Assembly (NCBI RefSeq): GCF_001194135.2
Contig: NC_068998.1
Location: forward strand, 49,728,376-49,792,375
Direction: 5' to 3'
DNA from: Octopus bimaculoides
Taxonomy: Eukaryota
Length of the DNA: 64,000 nt
Under the pieces are notes generated by a model. That model saw only the letters and a list, made by a program, of their open reading frames with translations. It searched no databases and was not told the origin of the DNA. Numbering within the stretch: the stretch's first letter is position 1; every line of letters begins with the position of its first letter. Below, piece after piece: positions 26,576-37,848 of this stretch. Both the position numbers and the translations under genes were made by a program.

Positions 26576-27942
26576 AGTAAAAATAAATACAAAAAAGGTG
26601 GGGTTCTTTGTATGATTGTGTATAGAGGAATATATTATTTTGCTTAAAAGAGTTCCAACACTGTCTGTTTTTTATGTTTTATTTAGATTCCTGCAGAACT
26701 AATGTGGGGTATAGAATATGGAATATACAATATAAAATATGATATACAATATACAATATAGAATAAAATAAAATAAAAATGGATGGCACCATGAAAGAAA
26801 GTATTGAATGTAGATGAAATATTGAGTGTTCAATATAAAGGATCAAATATATAAATATATAAATATAAATATATATATATAAAGGCGACTCGAGTTTCAG
26901 GGCTATTTCCCTTCGTCATGGCCGGTATGACAGACTTTAACAGACTATATATATATATATATGTATATATAGGGAGCAAAAATACTGAAGGTTCAGTAAA
27001 CAACTTTCATATATATATGCATATATGAAAGGGAAAAGTATATATATGACTTGTCTTTAATTATCTATGAAGTTTGACAAATTTATATATCTCTAGAGCG
27101 GTTCAGTACAACTCAACACCGCCAACTTAACACCGCCGACATAGCACTGCCGTCTCAACGCCAGGACTACTCAACACGAAGACAACTCAGCACCAAGAAA
27201 ATTCATTAATAAATATAATTTATTCGTTTTATGATATTAGGTATTTATAAAAGATTAATTTGGTACATGACATTAACTTTCTGATAATGTTTCGAATTTC
27301 TAAAGTTCTGCTTTCTTTTTTATTCATGACATGTATTAAGATTAATGCTTTTATAAATTTCTAATAAAGTCATGAAACGAATAAATTACTTATTCATAAA
27401 TTGTCCTGACGTTGAGTTGTCCAGTCGTTGAGGCGGTTTCGAGTCGGCAGTGTTGAGTTTGCTGTTAGTGAGTTGTCCCTATTCGTTCTAAGCCACATCA
27501 TCATTAGACTTGTTGCCGTTTCACAGTTCTTATCTTCTAATGGTGGAGGTGCAATGGCCCAGTGGTTAGGGCAGCGGTCTCACGGTCGTAGGATCGCGGT
27601 TTCGATTCCCAGACCGGGCGTTGTGAGTGTTATTCAGCGAAAACACCTAAAGCTCCACGAGGCTCCGGCAGGGGATGGTGGCGAACCCTGCTGTACTCTT
27701 TCACCACAACTTTCTCTCACTCTTACTTCCTGTTTCTGTTGTGCCTGTAATTTAAAGGGTCGGCCTTGTCACACTGTGTCACGCTGAATCTCCCCCGAGA
27801 ACTACGTTAAGGGTACACGTGTCTGTGGAGTGCTCCGCCATTTGCACGTTAATTTCATGAACTTCGCTAACTAAAAGATACAGTATTAGATGCACCGTAC
27901 GTTGCTGTAGTATACTGACGTGTATGTGTATGCGTGTGCATG

Positions 27943-27983
<41 letters not shown>

Positions 27984-28703
27984 NNNNNNNNNNNNNNNNN
28001 NNNNNNNNNNNNNNNNNNNNNNNNNNNNNNNNNNNNNNNNNNNNNNNNNNNNNNNNNNNNNNNNNNNNNNNNNNNNNNNNNNNNNNNNNNNNNNNNNNNN
28101 NNNNNNNNNNNNNNNNNNNNNNNNNNNNNNNNNNNNNNNNNNNNNNNNNNNNNNNNNNNNNNNNNNNNNNNNNNNNNNNNNNNNNNNNNNNNNNNNNNNN
28201 NNNNNNNNNNNNNNNNNNNNNNNNNNNNNNNNNNNNNNNNNNNNNNNNNNNNNNNNNNNNNNNNNNNNNNNNNNNNNNNNNNNNNNNNNNNNNNNNNNNN
28301 NNNNNNNNNNNNNNNNNNNNNNNNNNNNNNNNNNNNNNNNNNNNNNNNNNNNNNNNNNNNNNNNNNNNNNNNNNNNNNNNNNNNNNNNNNNNNNNNNNNN
28401 NNNNNNNTTTATATTTATATACATATATATAGATAAATTCATAGATAGAGCGTTGTATGTATATATATATATAATTACACACATACATATACATATGCAT
28501 ATGTATTTGAATAAATGTTTTTGTGTATATATAAATGTGTGTGCGTGCGTGTGCGTATAAGGACAGTGTAGAGAAGGATAGAAAGAGAGGGAAAAAAGAG
28601 AAATATTGTTAGATGAATGTTTTCATGTGAAGGACAATGGACAAAAATTGTAATGTACATTCTTACCACAAATGAGAAACGCAATGAAGATGTAGATTTT
28701 CAT
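20992..28703 (-). CDS. Gene D (inverted): complement(join(28667..28703,25585..25684,22921..23008,21882..21911,20992..21051)). MKIYIFIAFLICGVEMKDSCPHQFEKTCNYPHWIFKAIPQQEYLCRILKNDSKCFYDTTHDCAKFYDNYLLKACASQNGGTAQKKGMTELLLSIAASSYLMRYL*
   Basis: Minus-strand exons with the same sizes (37/100/88/30/60), phases and Cys spacing as the plus-strand paralogs. Confidence 0.85.
21225..21435 (-). mobile_element. Family-1 SINE, degenerate
   Basis: Reverse-complement similarity to the 3105 element. Confidence 0.6.
21882..21911 (-). CDS. Gene D stalk microexon SQNGGTAQKK
   Basis: tgctttcag|30 nt|gtgagt. Confidence 0.75.
22921..23008 (-). CDS. Gene D exon 3
   Basis: ttttgcag|T ATA...GCG TGT GCT|gtaaga; 88 nt; lies within track ORF 22885..23085. 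Confidence 0.85.
23220..23760 (+). mobile_element. mariner-family transposase relic
   Basis: Degenerate HPPYSPDLAP-like motif (cactccccctacctgccaagtagatcttgcccc) near 23605. Confidence 0.65.
25585..25684 (-). CDS. Gene D exon 2
   Basis: ttttaaattag|GT GTG GAG...CTT TGC CG|gtatat; 100 nt. Confidence 0.85.
26045..26245 (-). mobile_element. Family-1 SINE, degenerate
   Basis: Similarity to the 14140 copy. Confidence 0.6.
26250..26535 (-). mobile_element. mariner 5' end fragment
   Basis: TA+CGAGGTGGTATACAACAGTTCC TIR-like end on the minus strand. Confidence 0.55.
26884..26923 (-). ncRNA. Minimal type I hammerhead ribozyme-like motif (Penelope-type) with one extra base in the core
   Basis: Minus strand GGC-CA-UGACGA-AGGG-aaauag-CCCU-GAAAC-ucga-GUC-GCC: stems I, II and III, palindromic loop III and a GUC cleavage triplet. 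Confidence 0.65.
27096..27488. mobile_element. MITE / foldback-like element with subterminal ~15-bp repeat arrays
   Basis: Left arm (acaactcaacaccgcc..., caactcagcacc) is the inverse of the right arm (gttgagttgtcc..., gtgttgagttt, gtgagttgtcc) around an AT-rich core. Confidence 0.7.
27540..27863 (+). mobile_element. tRNA-derived SINE (family 2)
   Basis: Near-identical to 6728-7090. Confidence 0.85.
28667..28703 (-). CDS. Gene D exon 1 (signal peptide MKIYIFIAFLIC-G)
   Basis: ATG...TGT G|gtaaga on minus strand. Confidence 0.85.
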
Positions 28704-28778
28704 CGTCAGTGTTCTGTTATTCTTAAGGTTTTTAACGCTCTTGGGCACGTAAAAATCTTTTATAAATGAAAAACGAAG

Positions 28779-28788
28779 GTAACACATG
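28779..28788 (-). promoter_or_regulatory. Family upstream element variant CATGTGTTAC followed by TATAAAA (gene D)
   Basis: 85 nt before the ATG on the minus strand. Confidence 0.55.
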
Positions 28789-29283
28789 TTTTGTTCATAA
28801 CTGGTAAATACATATTTGATCTGTTACTTGATTTACGTGCCCATGACGTTGAAGGGTAATGATTTACATTCCCTATTAATATGTCAATTTCTTTGAACTT
28901 TTTTTTTGGGGGAAATATATTTGAAATGAAAGTTATATACTGTTATAGATAAAGTAATTGGGTTTCCTGATGTCTTCCGGAGTTCCATGTTGAATCACAG
29001 AATAGTCCTTATAAACGTTACTATTAAACCTAGGTTTATTAAAATCTAGGTAACAAAAACATAAACTCCGATTTCCCCCAAAAATCGCATGCAATTATCT
29101 TGTTGATGTTTAACTTGAGGAAATGTATCATATAATTACTTCAACATTAATATGATTAAATTATGACGGTAATTTTACTTTAAAATTTTAGAAATTTAAA
29201 CATCGTTTCAACATTTTAATTCTTAATTATAATTGCTTTTCAAATAATATAACATTCAATCTATTTAGGATATTTGATAGATA

Positions 29284-29730
29284 TACAGGGTGTGAGTGGT
29301 ATTTGAAGACATTTCGTTTTTAGTCCATTACACCTTTAAATTATTTGATGTATCTTTGTTTTTCAGATAACCCTTTCAAGATACCATGCTAACCCAAGAA
29401 ATGAAAAGACATGCAATTTTAGTTGGTATATACGCAAACCAAAGTGATTTAGAAATTAGGAACTTTCTAAATGTTGTAAGATCATTTGTACACAAATTCG
29501 ATTGGAATTGGAGGCGTGTAATAGTATTGTTTCACCTGTCTCAAAAAATAAAAAAAGTGATAGATTCACAAAAATCCAAAATGTGATTTTACTATATCCA
29601 ACATATAGTGGGACCATATCGATACTATCTTCTCTATGATGCACCAAACACTTTAACTGGCAAAAATCAAGTACTTGTTTCAGAAGGTAGATTAGAATTT
29701 CTTTTACAATATTATTTACTTTATGCAAAC
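29284..29730 (+). mobile_element. Tc1/mariner-superfamily transposon 5' fragment
   Basis: TA+CAGGGTGT end; ORF MLTQEMKRHAILVGIYANQSDLEIRNFLNVVRSFVHK resembles an HTH transposase N-terminus. Confidence 0.65.
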
Positions 29731-30412
29731 AAACTACGTTTATAAAAGTACATACCCATACATATATGCTAGTATATATTCATATATNNNNNNNNNNNNN
29801 NNNNNNNNNNNNNNNNNNNNNNNNNNNNNNNNNNNNNNNNNNNNNNNNNNNNNNNNNNNNNNNNNNNNNNNNNNNNNNNNNNNNNNNNNNNNNNNNNNNN
29901 NNNNNNNNNNNNNNNNNNNNNNNNNNNNNNNNNNNNNNNNNNNNNNNNNNNNNNNNNNNNNNNNNNNNNNNNNNNNNNNNNNNNNNNNNNNNNNNNNNNN
30001 NNNNNNNNNNNNNNNNNNNNNNNNNNNNNNNNNNNNNNNNNNNNNNNNNNNNNNNNNNNNNNNNNNNNNNNNNNNNNNNNNNNNNNNNNNNNNNNNNNNN
30101 NNNNNNNNNNNNNNNNNNNNNNNNNNNNNNNNNNNNNNNNNNNNNNNNNNNNNNNNNNNNNNNNNNNNNNNNNNNNNNNNNNNNNNNNNNNNNNNNNNNN
30201 NNNNNNNNNNNNNNNNNNNNNNNNNNNNNNNNNNNNNNNNNNNNNNNNNNNNNNNNNNNNNNNNNNNNNNNNNNNNNNNNNNNNNNNNNNNNNNNNNNNN
30301 NNNNNNNNNNNNNNNNNNNNNNNNNNNNNNNNNNNNNNNNNNNNNNNNNNNNNNNNNNNNNNNNNNNNNNNNNNNNNNNNNNNNNNNNNNNNNNNNNNNN
30401 NNNNNNNNNNNN

Positions 30413-30445
<33 letters not shown>

Positions 30446-30754
30446 ACATATATATGTGTACATATATATATACTCACAAAATTTCATGCAAAACTTCAAT
30501 GTCTTATGAACATCTGTCGTAACAAATTCAACTGAAATGTCAAATTTTAATGACAGCCATTATCAAAGTAGATAGTATAATATGATGACGTGTCCACTTG
30601 CAGGTTTTCAATATTTATATAATAGTATCTTTTACACACACACGCACACACACAAACATACAGAAAGGCACACACACATATATATGATGGACTCTCCATT
30701 CGAAGATGGAGTATGAGTATTTAGCAATAGCTGCACGATCTGCATATATGGTTT

Positions 30755-30985
30755 GTTTTTAGAGGTCAAATGGTCGTGGCCCGCATTAATGTTCTCTCTC
30801 TCCATGCGATCGACGCTGTCTGAACAGGGGCACTGTGTACCAGACGTCAGGTTTCGAAGTGATCGCAGTGCAACATGAGGTGGGGTATTTTGCTCAAGAA
30901 CACAGCGCACACCGGTTCGAGGAATTGAAACCACGGTCTTGCGATTGTAAATCCAAGACACTAACCACTAGGTCACGTATATTTG
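30755..30985 (-). mobile_element. tRNA-derived SINE (family 3)
   Basis: Minus strand gtgacctagtggttagtgtcttggatttacaatcgcaagaccgtggtttcaattcc. Confidence 0.7.
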
Positions 30986-30992
30986 TACACAA

Positions 30993-31023
<31 letters not shown>

Positions 31024-31024
31024 A

Positions 31025-31069
<45 letters not shown>

Positions 31070-31189
31070 TGTACAGAATTAAAAATACAGTAATCTTAAT
31101 TATTATACAATATGGTAAATCCCTATTAAAGTGTTTGATATCAAGGAAATAATTAATTGTCACGATGTAGACTATCTGAGCTTCTATTA

Positions 31190-31570
31190 ATAGTCCGAAA
31201 CCCAGCGGACGCTGATCCAGCTGCAGATACAAATATCCCAGCGGCCACATTACCGGTTGCCACGTTGTATTGTTTGCAAATACCTTAGAGGCCGCTATTC
31301 TGGTCGCCAGGTGCAGATACAAATTCCAGCTGCCGTTTGCCGGTCACTATTTTCTGCATTAGAAACCAAGCCGTAACTGCTGGTTCCACAGGCACCACAA
31401 GTATTGGTGATAAAAAAGAAAAACGAGTGGTAAGAACGACGTTGCGCTCTGTTTGGGATTTTATTTCAAAACGAGAGACAGAAAACATTTTAGGGACACT
31501 AAATCATGTTTGTGGTACTTTTATCTTGGAACCTGGGGTGAGAGTGCCGAGGACAACGGGTATTTGGGGT
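31190..31570. mobile_element. LINE fragment
   Basis: GC-richer coding-like patch with no intact ORF. Confidence 0.35.
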
Positions 31571-32646
31571 TCAAATAGTTAAGCATAACGTAGAATTCTT
31601 AACTCTAATCTCTCTTTTTATAATTATCCAGCGAAGTCATCGAGAATTGTATATACTAATAATTATAATAATTTTTGAAATAGAAAATTAGGTTAATACC
31701 TTTAACTAATGTTTCTTATATTAAATATATAGGTATTTAATTATCTCATCTGTTACTGTTATTCTTCAGTTATCCAGTGAAATCCTCAATAATTGTATAC
31801 ATTTAACCTGTGTACGTAAGCGAAAGTAGGGGATGGTAATCACTCATTTTGGTCTATTTGTTTGTGTTCTTGCAAAATTACTGGAAAACTGCTCAACTTA
31901 CGAAGGCATGTATATGTGTGTATGTGTGTTTGCGAGTGTGTGCATTCATAACCTGTGAATAAAGTCTGGAAAAACGTCACATATCTTTTTTAAAATGCAA
32001 TGAAAATTTAAAGAAATAAAACTAGAATAGTTTAACGCAGCTATTGTGTAACAATACTTGATTTGTGAACAATTTTCACGGTTGCCATTTATAATAAAAA
32101 TAACTTTTACTCAATTTCTTAAGCAACACAAAACAATGATATAAAATATTTAGATCACGCATGTTTTTGACAATCCATGGTGTGCATTAATTAACAAATA
32201 AATTTACATATTACTACAGTATTACGTGGATATTCATTATTTTTAATTTGGATGAATATTGCAGCCGATGCAACAAAGGAACTCTACCATAACCTTGTGG
32301 CTCTTCTTGGAAGGCAACAAGCATGTTATGGAGGGATTCTTGTAGCTACACAGTGTTTTCATGGCAACGATTTTCCTGTTATATTTTCCAGGATTAGTGT
32401 AATTATGAAAAACTGCGCATCATTCTTTTGTTTTTCTACTTTACAGAAATGTTTCCATCGTTACATGAGTTTTGTAAAAAAAAAAGTATGCAATTGCTGG
32501 ACTACTAAATACATAATTTAGAAGACAAAGTAAAACAAAGCTTAACATTTCTTAAGATGCTCCTTCCAATTTTAGTTCAAGTGAAAATAAAATAAAATGA
32601 ATTACACCATGTTAGAATATAACATGCGATATGCAAGGAGGGTGCA

Positions 32647-32656
32647 CATCTGTTAC
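32647..32656 (+). promoter_or_regulatory. Family upstream element CATCTGTTAC (gene E)
   Basis: Separated from the ATG by a SINE insertion; about 90-100 nt if the SINE is removed. Confidence 0.55.
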
Positions 32657-32714
32657 AATTGATTTCTTTCATTTCATAAGGTAATTCAAAAAGCGCGGTA
32701 CATCTTGACGTATA

Positions 32715-32873
32715 CTCTCTCTTTTACTCTTTTACTTGTTTTAGTCATTTGACTGTGGCCATGCTAGAGCACCGCCTTTAGTCGAGCAAATCGACCCCAG
32801 GACTTATTCTTTGGAAGCCTAGTACTTATTCTATCGGTCTCTTTTGCCGAACCGCTAAGTTACTTACCACACA
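32715..32873 (-). mobile_element. SINE 3' part inserted in the presumptive 5' UTR of gene E
   Basis: Reverse complement of ggggtcgatttgctcgactaaaggcggtgctccagcatggcc...gtaaaaga as seen at 47487 and 55930. Confidence 0.8.
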
Positions 32874-32903
32874 GCCACTCCTACGCCTATACTGAAAAAG
32901 ACA

Positions 32904-33302
32904 ATGAAAATATTTATTATCATTGCGTTTCTAATTTCAGGTAAGTATACAAATAGCCTGATACTTTTTTACACGCATTTAAACCTACCTCATAATCTTC
33001 TCCCCTCGTGAGATATCTCTCTAACTCTCACAATCGCTTTCTTGGTATATATGTAGGCATTAAATTGAGAAGAATTAAAATGAGAAATCAAACAATTTCT
33101 TTGTTGCTTAATTTGATAACTCAATGTGTTGGCACAAGGTTTTTACAACTCATGTTTGTCATTTATTTGAAACACTAAGAATCGAATTCTTTCCTCTCAC
33201 ATCTCCAGATTTTTCACTAACAGCTCTTTTATATTTATGCAGGTCACAAGGGAATGCTTCTTCGTTATTGCAGTAAACATTAAATTCTTGAGACATATGT
33301 AA
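32904..33302 (+). pseudogene. Gene E: internally deleted paralog with exon 1 (32904..32940, MKIFIIIAFLIS-G) followed directly by a last-exon homolog (33243..33302, VTRECFFVIAVNIKFLRHM* in its ancestral frame). The Cys exons are missing.
   Basis: Intact ATG and gtaagt donor; tatttatgcag acceptor; AATAAA after the stop. The phase mismatch (1 vs 0) would give MKIFIIIAFLISGHKGMLLRYCSKH*. Confidence 0.65.
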
Positions 33303-33394
33303 ATAAAGTTTACAGTCTGTGTTTTAGCTATTTTGATTTAGTAGTTGTTACTCTGCCAGATTTGCGTATGATGAAAAATTGCCATATTGGTGAA

Positions 33395-33960
33395 GTGAGG
33401 CAGGCGTGGAGCTGATAGAATCTTTAACACCTCAGGCAAATTACTTAATGGCATTTCGTTCTTCTTCACCCTGTAAGTTCAAATTCCGTCGAGGTCAAAT
33501 TTATCATTCATTCTTCCGGGGCTGATGAAACAAATGCCAGCTGAGTACTGGAGTCGATGTAATCGATTTATACTTGTGCCAAAATTTGAAACCAATATAA
33601 TTGAAATCGTACAGACACGTAGGTATCCATCCTGAATACTTGACATACAGTTGTGTTGTGTATGGTTGCTTATTACATTACAGGTATATTTTAAATATAG
33701 ATAAGTACTTCTATATTTCCAACTATTGCATTTTGGATTATTTCGATATTAGTTGCAAATGTTGCCACATGGCCAGTAATTTCGAGGGAGAAGTTTAGGC
33801 AATTACACCGAACAGGTTTCTCAACTGCAACTTATTTAATCACCCCCAAAATGATGAAATGCAAATTCAACCGCTGAATTTGAACACGGCACATAAAGTC
33901 ACACCTTATGCCGTTAAATGTTTTTCTGCATTACTATCAACATCAGCCATCTCACCACCT
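33395..33960. mobile_element. Two degenerate family-1 SINEs in opposite orientation
   Basis: gttcaaattccgtcgaggtc at about 33477; reverse copy at about 33755-33960. Confidence 0.6.
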
Positions 33961-34479
33961 TAGATGATTTCAAAATTTGTACAACACCATCAACCTCGAA
34001 TTATGAGGCTTTTGTGTTTCATCTGCAGCTTGTAGCCAATATAAGGTAAACAACAGCGTTTCAACAAAAGAGTAATACTGCCCCGAGAATCTGAAGGGGT
34101 GAATTGCCCGCAGACATACGGGAATATATCTGCAGTCTCTAGACATATTCACAGAATGAAAATAAAGAAAAGAATATTAGAATTTAACATTTAAGTCAAT
34201 ATAAAGTAAGCATTTTAATTTAACATTCAATTATGTCATACAAAATTAGAAAACTAACGTCGTCGTATAATTTGACAACCTGATGTGATAAAGATAAATA
34301 CACAACACAATGACTCGTTATTTTTCATATATATTCAGAAAATGATACCTTACAACCAATAAAAAAAAATCATGCAGACCAGTGTAATACACTCGATGTA
34401 TTTGTCAACACTTTTCGACAAGGAAGAAAGTTTTATTATTATTTACATAGCTGTTGCTAGTGTTTTATACAGCCGTTCC

Positions 34480-36290
34480 TCGTTTCACGCAGAGATGTCA
34501 AGTAACAGCATTTTGAGCGTTTTCCTGTGACTGTCCATCAGAGAACCTCAAGTCCAACCTTGGCTTTTCATTGCTAACCTCCACTTCCATTACAAAAACA
34601 GCACATTCCTGGAAGGCTTCGTTCTCTTAATCGGGTATAGACAGAGTGGGATCATGGCTACCCCTACCCTGAATATACTGGAACACATGGTACTCCATGC
34701 TTCACAAAACATCGCTTTGACCCGGAGATACGTTGACGAAGCATCCGTCTTGACTAACTCCAGAGATAAGTCGACCAGGATCCCCAATAGCTTTCAAAGC
34801 CTCTATCACAACATCCAGTTTGAGATTAAACACCAAGCCACTAGTTGCTCACTGAGACTCCTCGACTTCTTTATATAAAGATATGCAACAAACCGTTTCT
34901 TCGAGAAACAGGCGAAGAAAGACATCTTCCACTACTCGGGTTCATCATATCCACTGTTGTTGATGCAAATTGTAGCCTTTAACGAGTTCAACAGCCGCGT
35001 AAGCAGGTGCGACGTGGCTGAAATAGAGAACCATCTAAGGACAGAATTCATTAAGATACTGCACCTCACATGATGCAATCCTATATTCATAGAAAATGTG
35101 TGCAACACTCTAAACACACGGGAACGGCAGTTACAAAGACACCGCGACAATTCTATCTGGTAGAAGAAGAATAGCAACGATGACGACGTCGACGACGATG
35201 ACAAAAACAACGATGACACCGACAACATCCACAACAGCAAAAGCAACAACTACAGACACAATGGTGGCAGACGAACTTATGACGATGAAGGTGATGGTGA
35301 CCACAACAACAACTCCAACAACCACCACAGCAGTGGTAACTCTCGCAATCACGATAAAAATAACAACATCAACATTGGCAGCAGCAGCAGTAACTGGAAC
35401 AATAATAAACAGCAGCAGAGTAGCAACGGCAGTGACGGGAACAACAGTAATAACAACGACGATCTTAGAAACTAAAACAGCAGCAGAGTCGGAGACAGTA
35501 ATAGCAGAACCAACAACAACAACAATAGTCAAAAAACAACGAAAAGGATGAAGAAAGAATGAGAGGAAGAAAGGAAGGAAGAAAGAAAGAAAGATAAAGA
35601 AAGAAAGAAAAAAGTAAAGAAAGAAAGGATGACGGAAAGTAAGGAAGAAAGAAATGAAAATGTAAGGGTTAGGTTACGTCAACTTTCCATACAATGGTGA
35701 CAAAGCAGAAAACAAGATAAAGAACATCGAAAAATGTTGTCTGCCCATCAGAATAGCCTTGACACTACCTCTCACAAAAACAAAACACTGGACACATGCT
35801 GTTTGAACCAAGACCCAATCAAAGCAAAACGGCCAAAGGTCAGCGGCCAGTTATGTTTTAAAACTCACGCAGTGTATCAAATGACGTGTTTATGTGAGCT
35901 AACGTAAATAAGATCGACGAAAAGACAGCATTCCCACAAGCTCACACCTCTCGTTGTGCGTATTCCAACAAACCCAGCAATGCGTAGTAGAGATTTATCC
36001 ATCCTTATACTGGCAAAGGGAACAAATAGTGTCAACCAGAGAATCGCGGACGAACACTTCATTAGGAAGAAATCACCTAACCTTAAATGCCGGAGCGAGC
36101 ACAACGTTTGGAGGTTAAACTACTGCTTCCAGAGCCTTTCACAAGTACCCGCAAGGACCCCATAAAATGTAAACTGGAAAAATGTCTGAAGAAGAACCGT
36201 TGATCCGAAAACGCTTACAAGAGTAAATATAACCTAACAACTTGCAACAAGGCTGTCCACATTACCCGCCACATGTAGGTCCTATCTTTC
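34480..36290 (+). mobile_element. Degenerate Penelope-like retroelement (RT, thumb and GIY-YIG remnants) with an internal (ACA/GCA) low-complexity tract
   Basis: TPTLNILEHMVL...RRYVDEA (YVDD-like), LLDFFI, VYQMTCLC fragments; CTGAAGA...CGAAA hammerhead-like end at about 36185. Confidence 0.7.
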
Positions 36291-36322
36291 TCTCTCCATA
36301 TCTGTATTTGTATCAATCTATC

Positions 36323-36353
<31 letters not shown>

Positions 36354-36936
36354 CTATCTTCTATCTATCTATCTATCTATATATATATATCTGTCTGTCT
36401 GTCTGACTGTTTGCCTGTCTATCTATCTATCTGTCTATGCGTCTACAGCATTTCTGTTCCCCTCACATGACAACGGATTTCGCCTTAACTAGAACTCCCC
36501 CCCCCATCATATGACAACGGATTTCGCCTTAAATAAAACTACGCCCTTTAACTTTCCTTAGAGACACGTTTAGGATGGAACAGATCTCGTACAATTCAAA
36601 CGTCTCCTGAACATATACCACCAAATAATTTTAGTTTTAACCACGGAACTATAATTTTTTGCGAAAGTTATTAATACGTGTTTAATAGGCAATCAGTAGC
36701 TCTTTAAGTGTATGGTCTATTGTAATCTAAAATTAAGATTACAACATGAAATACATAATGACATTTCCATCTGTTATTATAGTCCGAGGTGATGAAGTTT
36801 AAAAAATATTCAAGTGTGTAGGTTTCTAACTATATGATAATATGTGAAAATCACATGCTCTGCAAATCATTGAATGGTTGAAAACATATCGTAATGAATC
36901 ACCTCTCAAAATTAATCTGTCATTCTCGATGTCAGA

Positions 36937-36946
36937 CATCTGTTAC
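36937..36946 (+). promoter_or_regulatory. Family upstream element CATCTGTTAC (gene F)
   Basis: 91 nt before the ATG. Confidence 0.6.
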
Positions 36947-37027
36947 AATCCTCTTTATTAAAAAAGACAAAGCTACATATTCAATATTATTACAGATGCA
37001 AACTTTTACGATTACCCGATATTAACG

Positions 37028-37064
37028 ATGAACATTATTATCTTCGCTTTAGTCCTAACTTTTG
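37028..37064 (+). CDS. Gene F exon 1 (signal peptide)
   Basis: ATG AAC ATT...TTT G|gtaaga. Confidence 0.85.
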
Positions 37065-37618
37065 GTAAGATTTTTCTTCATTCATATTCATTTAAATGTA
37101 ATTTGCAATTCCAAACATGTTCTACGATTTTGAATCTATCATAAAGCTGAACACCAGCCACAAAATAATAAAAAAAACATCCGAACACCACACAACACAC
37201 ATACACACATACGCATGTATATGGAAATATATATAAATGTAAACATATGAACATGTTTATGTTCATAAGTGAGAAGGTGACCTTTGAGATCACAGGAGCG
37301 CGTGGACACGAGATGAAATGGAAAGATAGGGCAGTGTGGATAGCTGCGGTGTATCACTAGAGGGGAAGTTGAAACGATGAAGCGATGGACTGAAGACCAG
37401 CGTGGCCCTGTTTGGCCTCGAAAGAATGGTGGTGATCGGGCGCGTGCGGGCGCGACGTTGACACGCGGCCTTAGCAGTAGCTACTACCGATAGGCGAGAT
37501 GCATAGGTTACGTCCTGCATTTAACATGGCTGGACAACCGATACAGGGAGTTAGGTGAATTCCGTTCTCTTCCTCACATTACAATTCGCTCACGCTAAAG
37601 TTTACATATCTATCTATA

Positions 37619-37667
<49 letters not shown>

Positions 37668-37773
37668 GTATGTCTGTCTGTCTGTCTGTGTGTGCGTCTG
37701 TCTGTCTGTCTAATCTGTCCGTCTGTCTGTCTGGCTGGCTGGCTGGCTGTCTGTCGCTTTGTCTCTGTGTGTG

Positions 37774-37848
<75 letters not shown>

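Noticed and set aside
27096-27200. Short regularly spaced repeats that could suggest a CRISPR-like array
   Set aside because: Eukaryotic context, no unique spacers, and mirrored on the other arm, so MITE subterminal repeats.
35131-35551. Thr-rich mucin-like ORF (35180..35551) and Val-rich antisense ORF
   Set aside because: Low-complexity ACA/GCA tract inside a degenerate Penelope element; no signal peptide or splice context.
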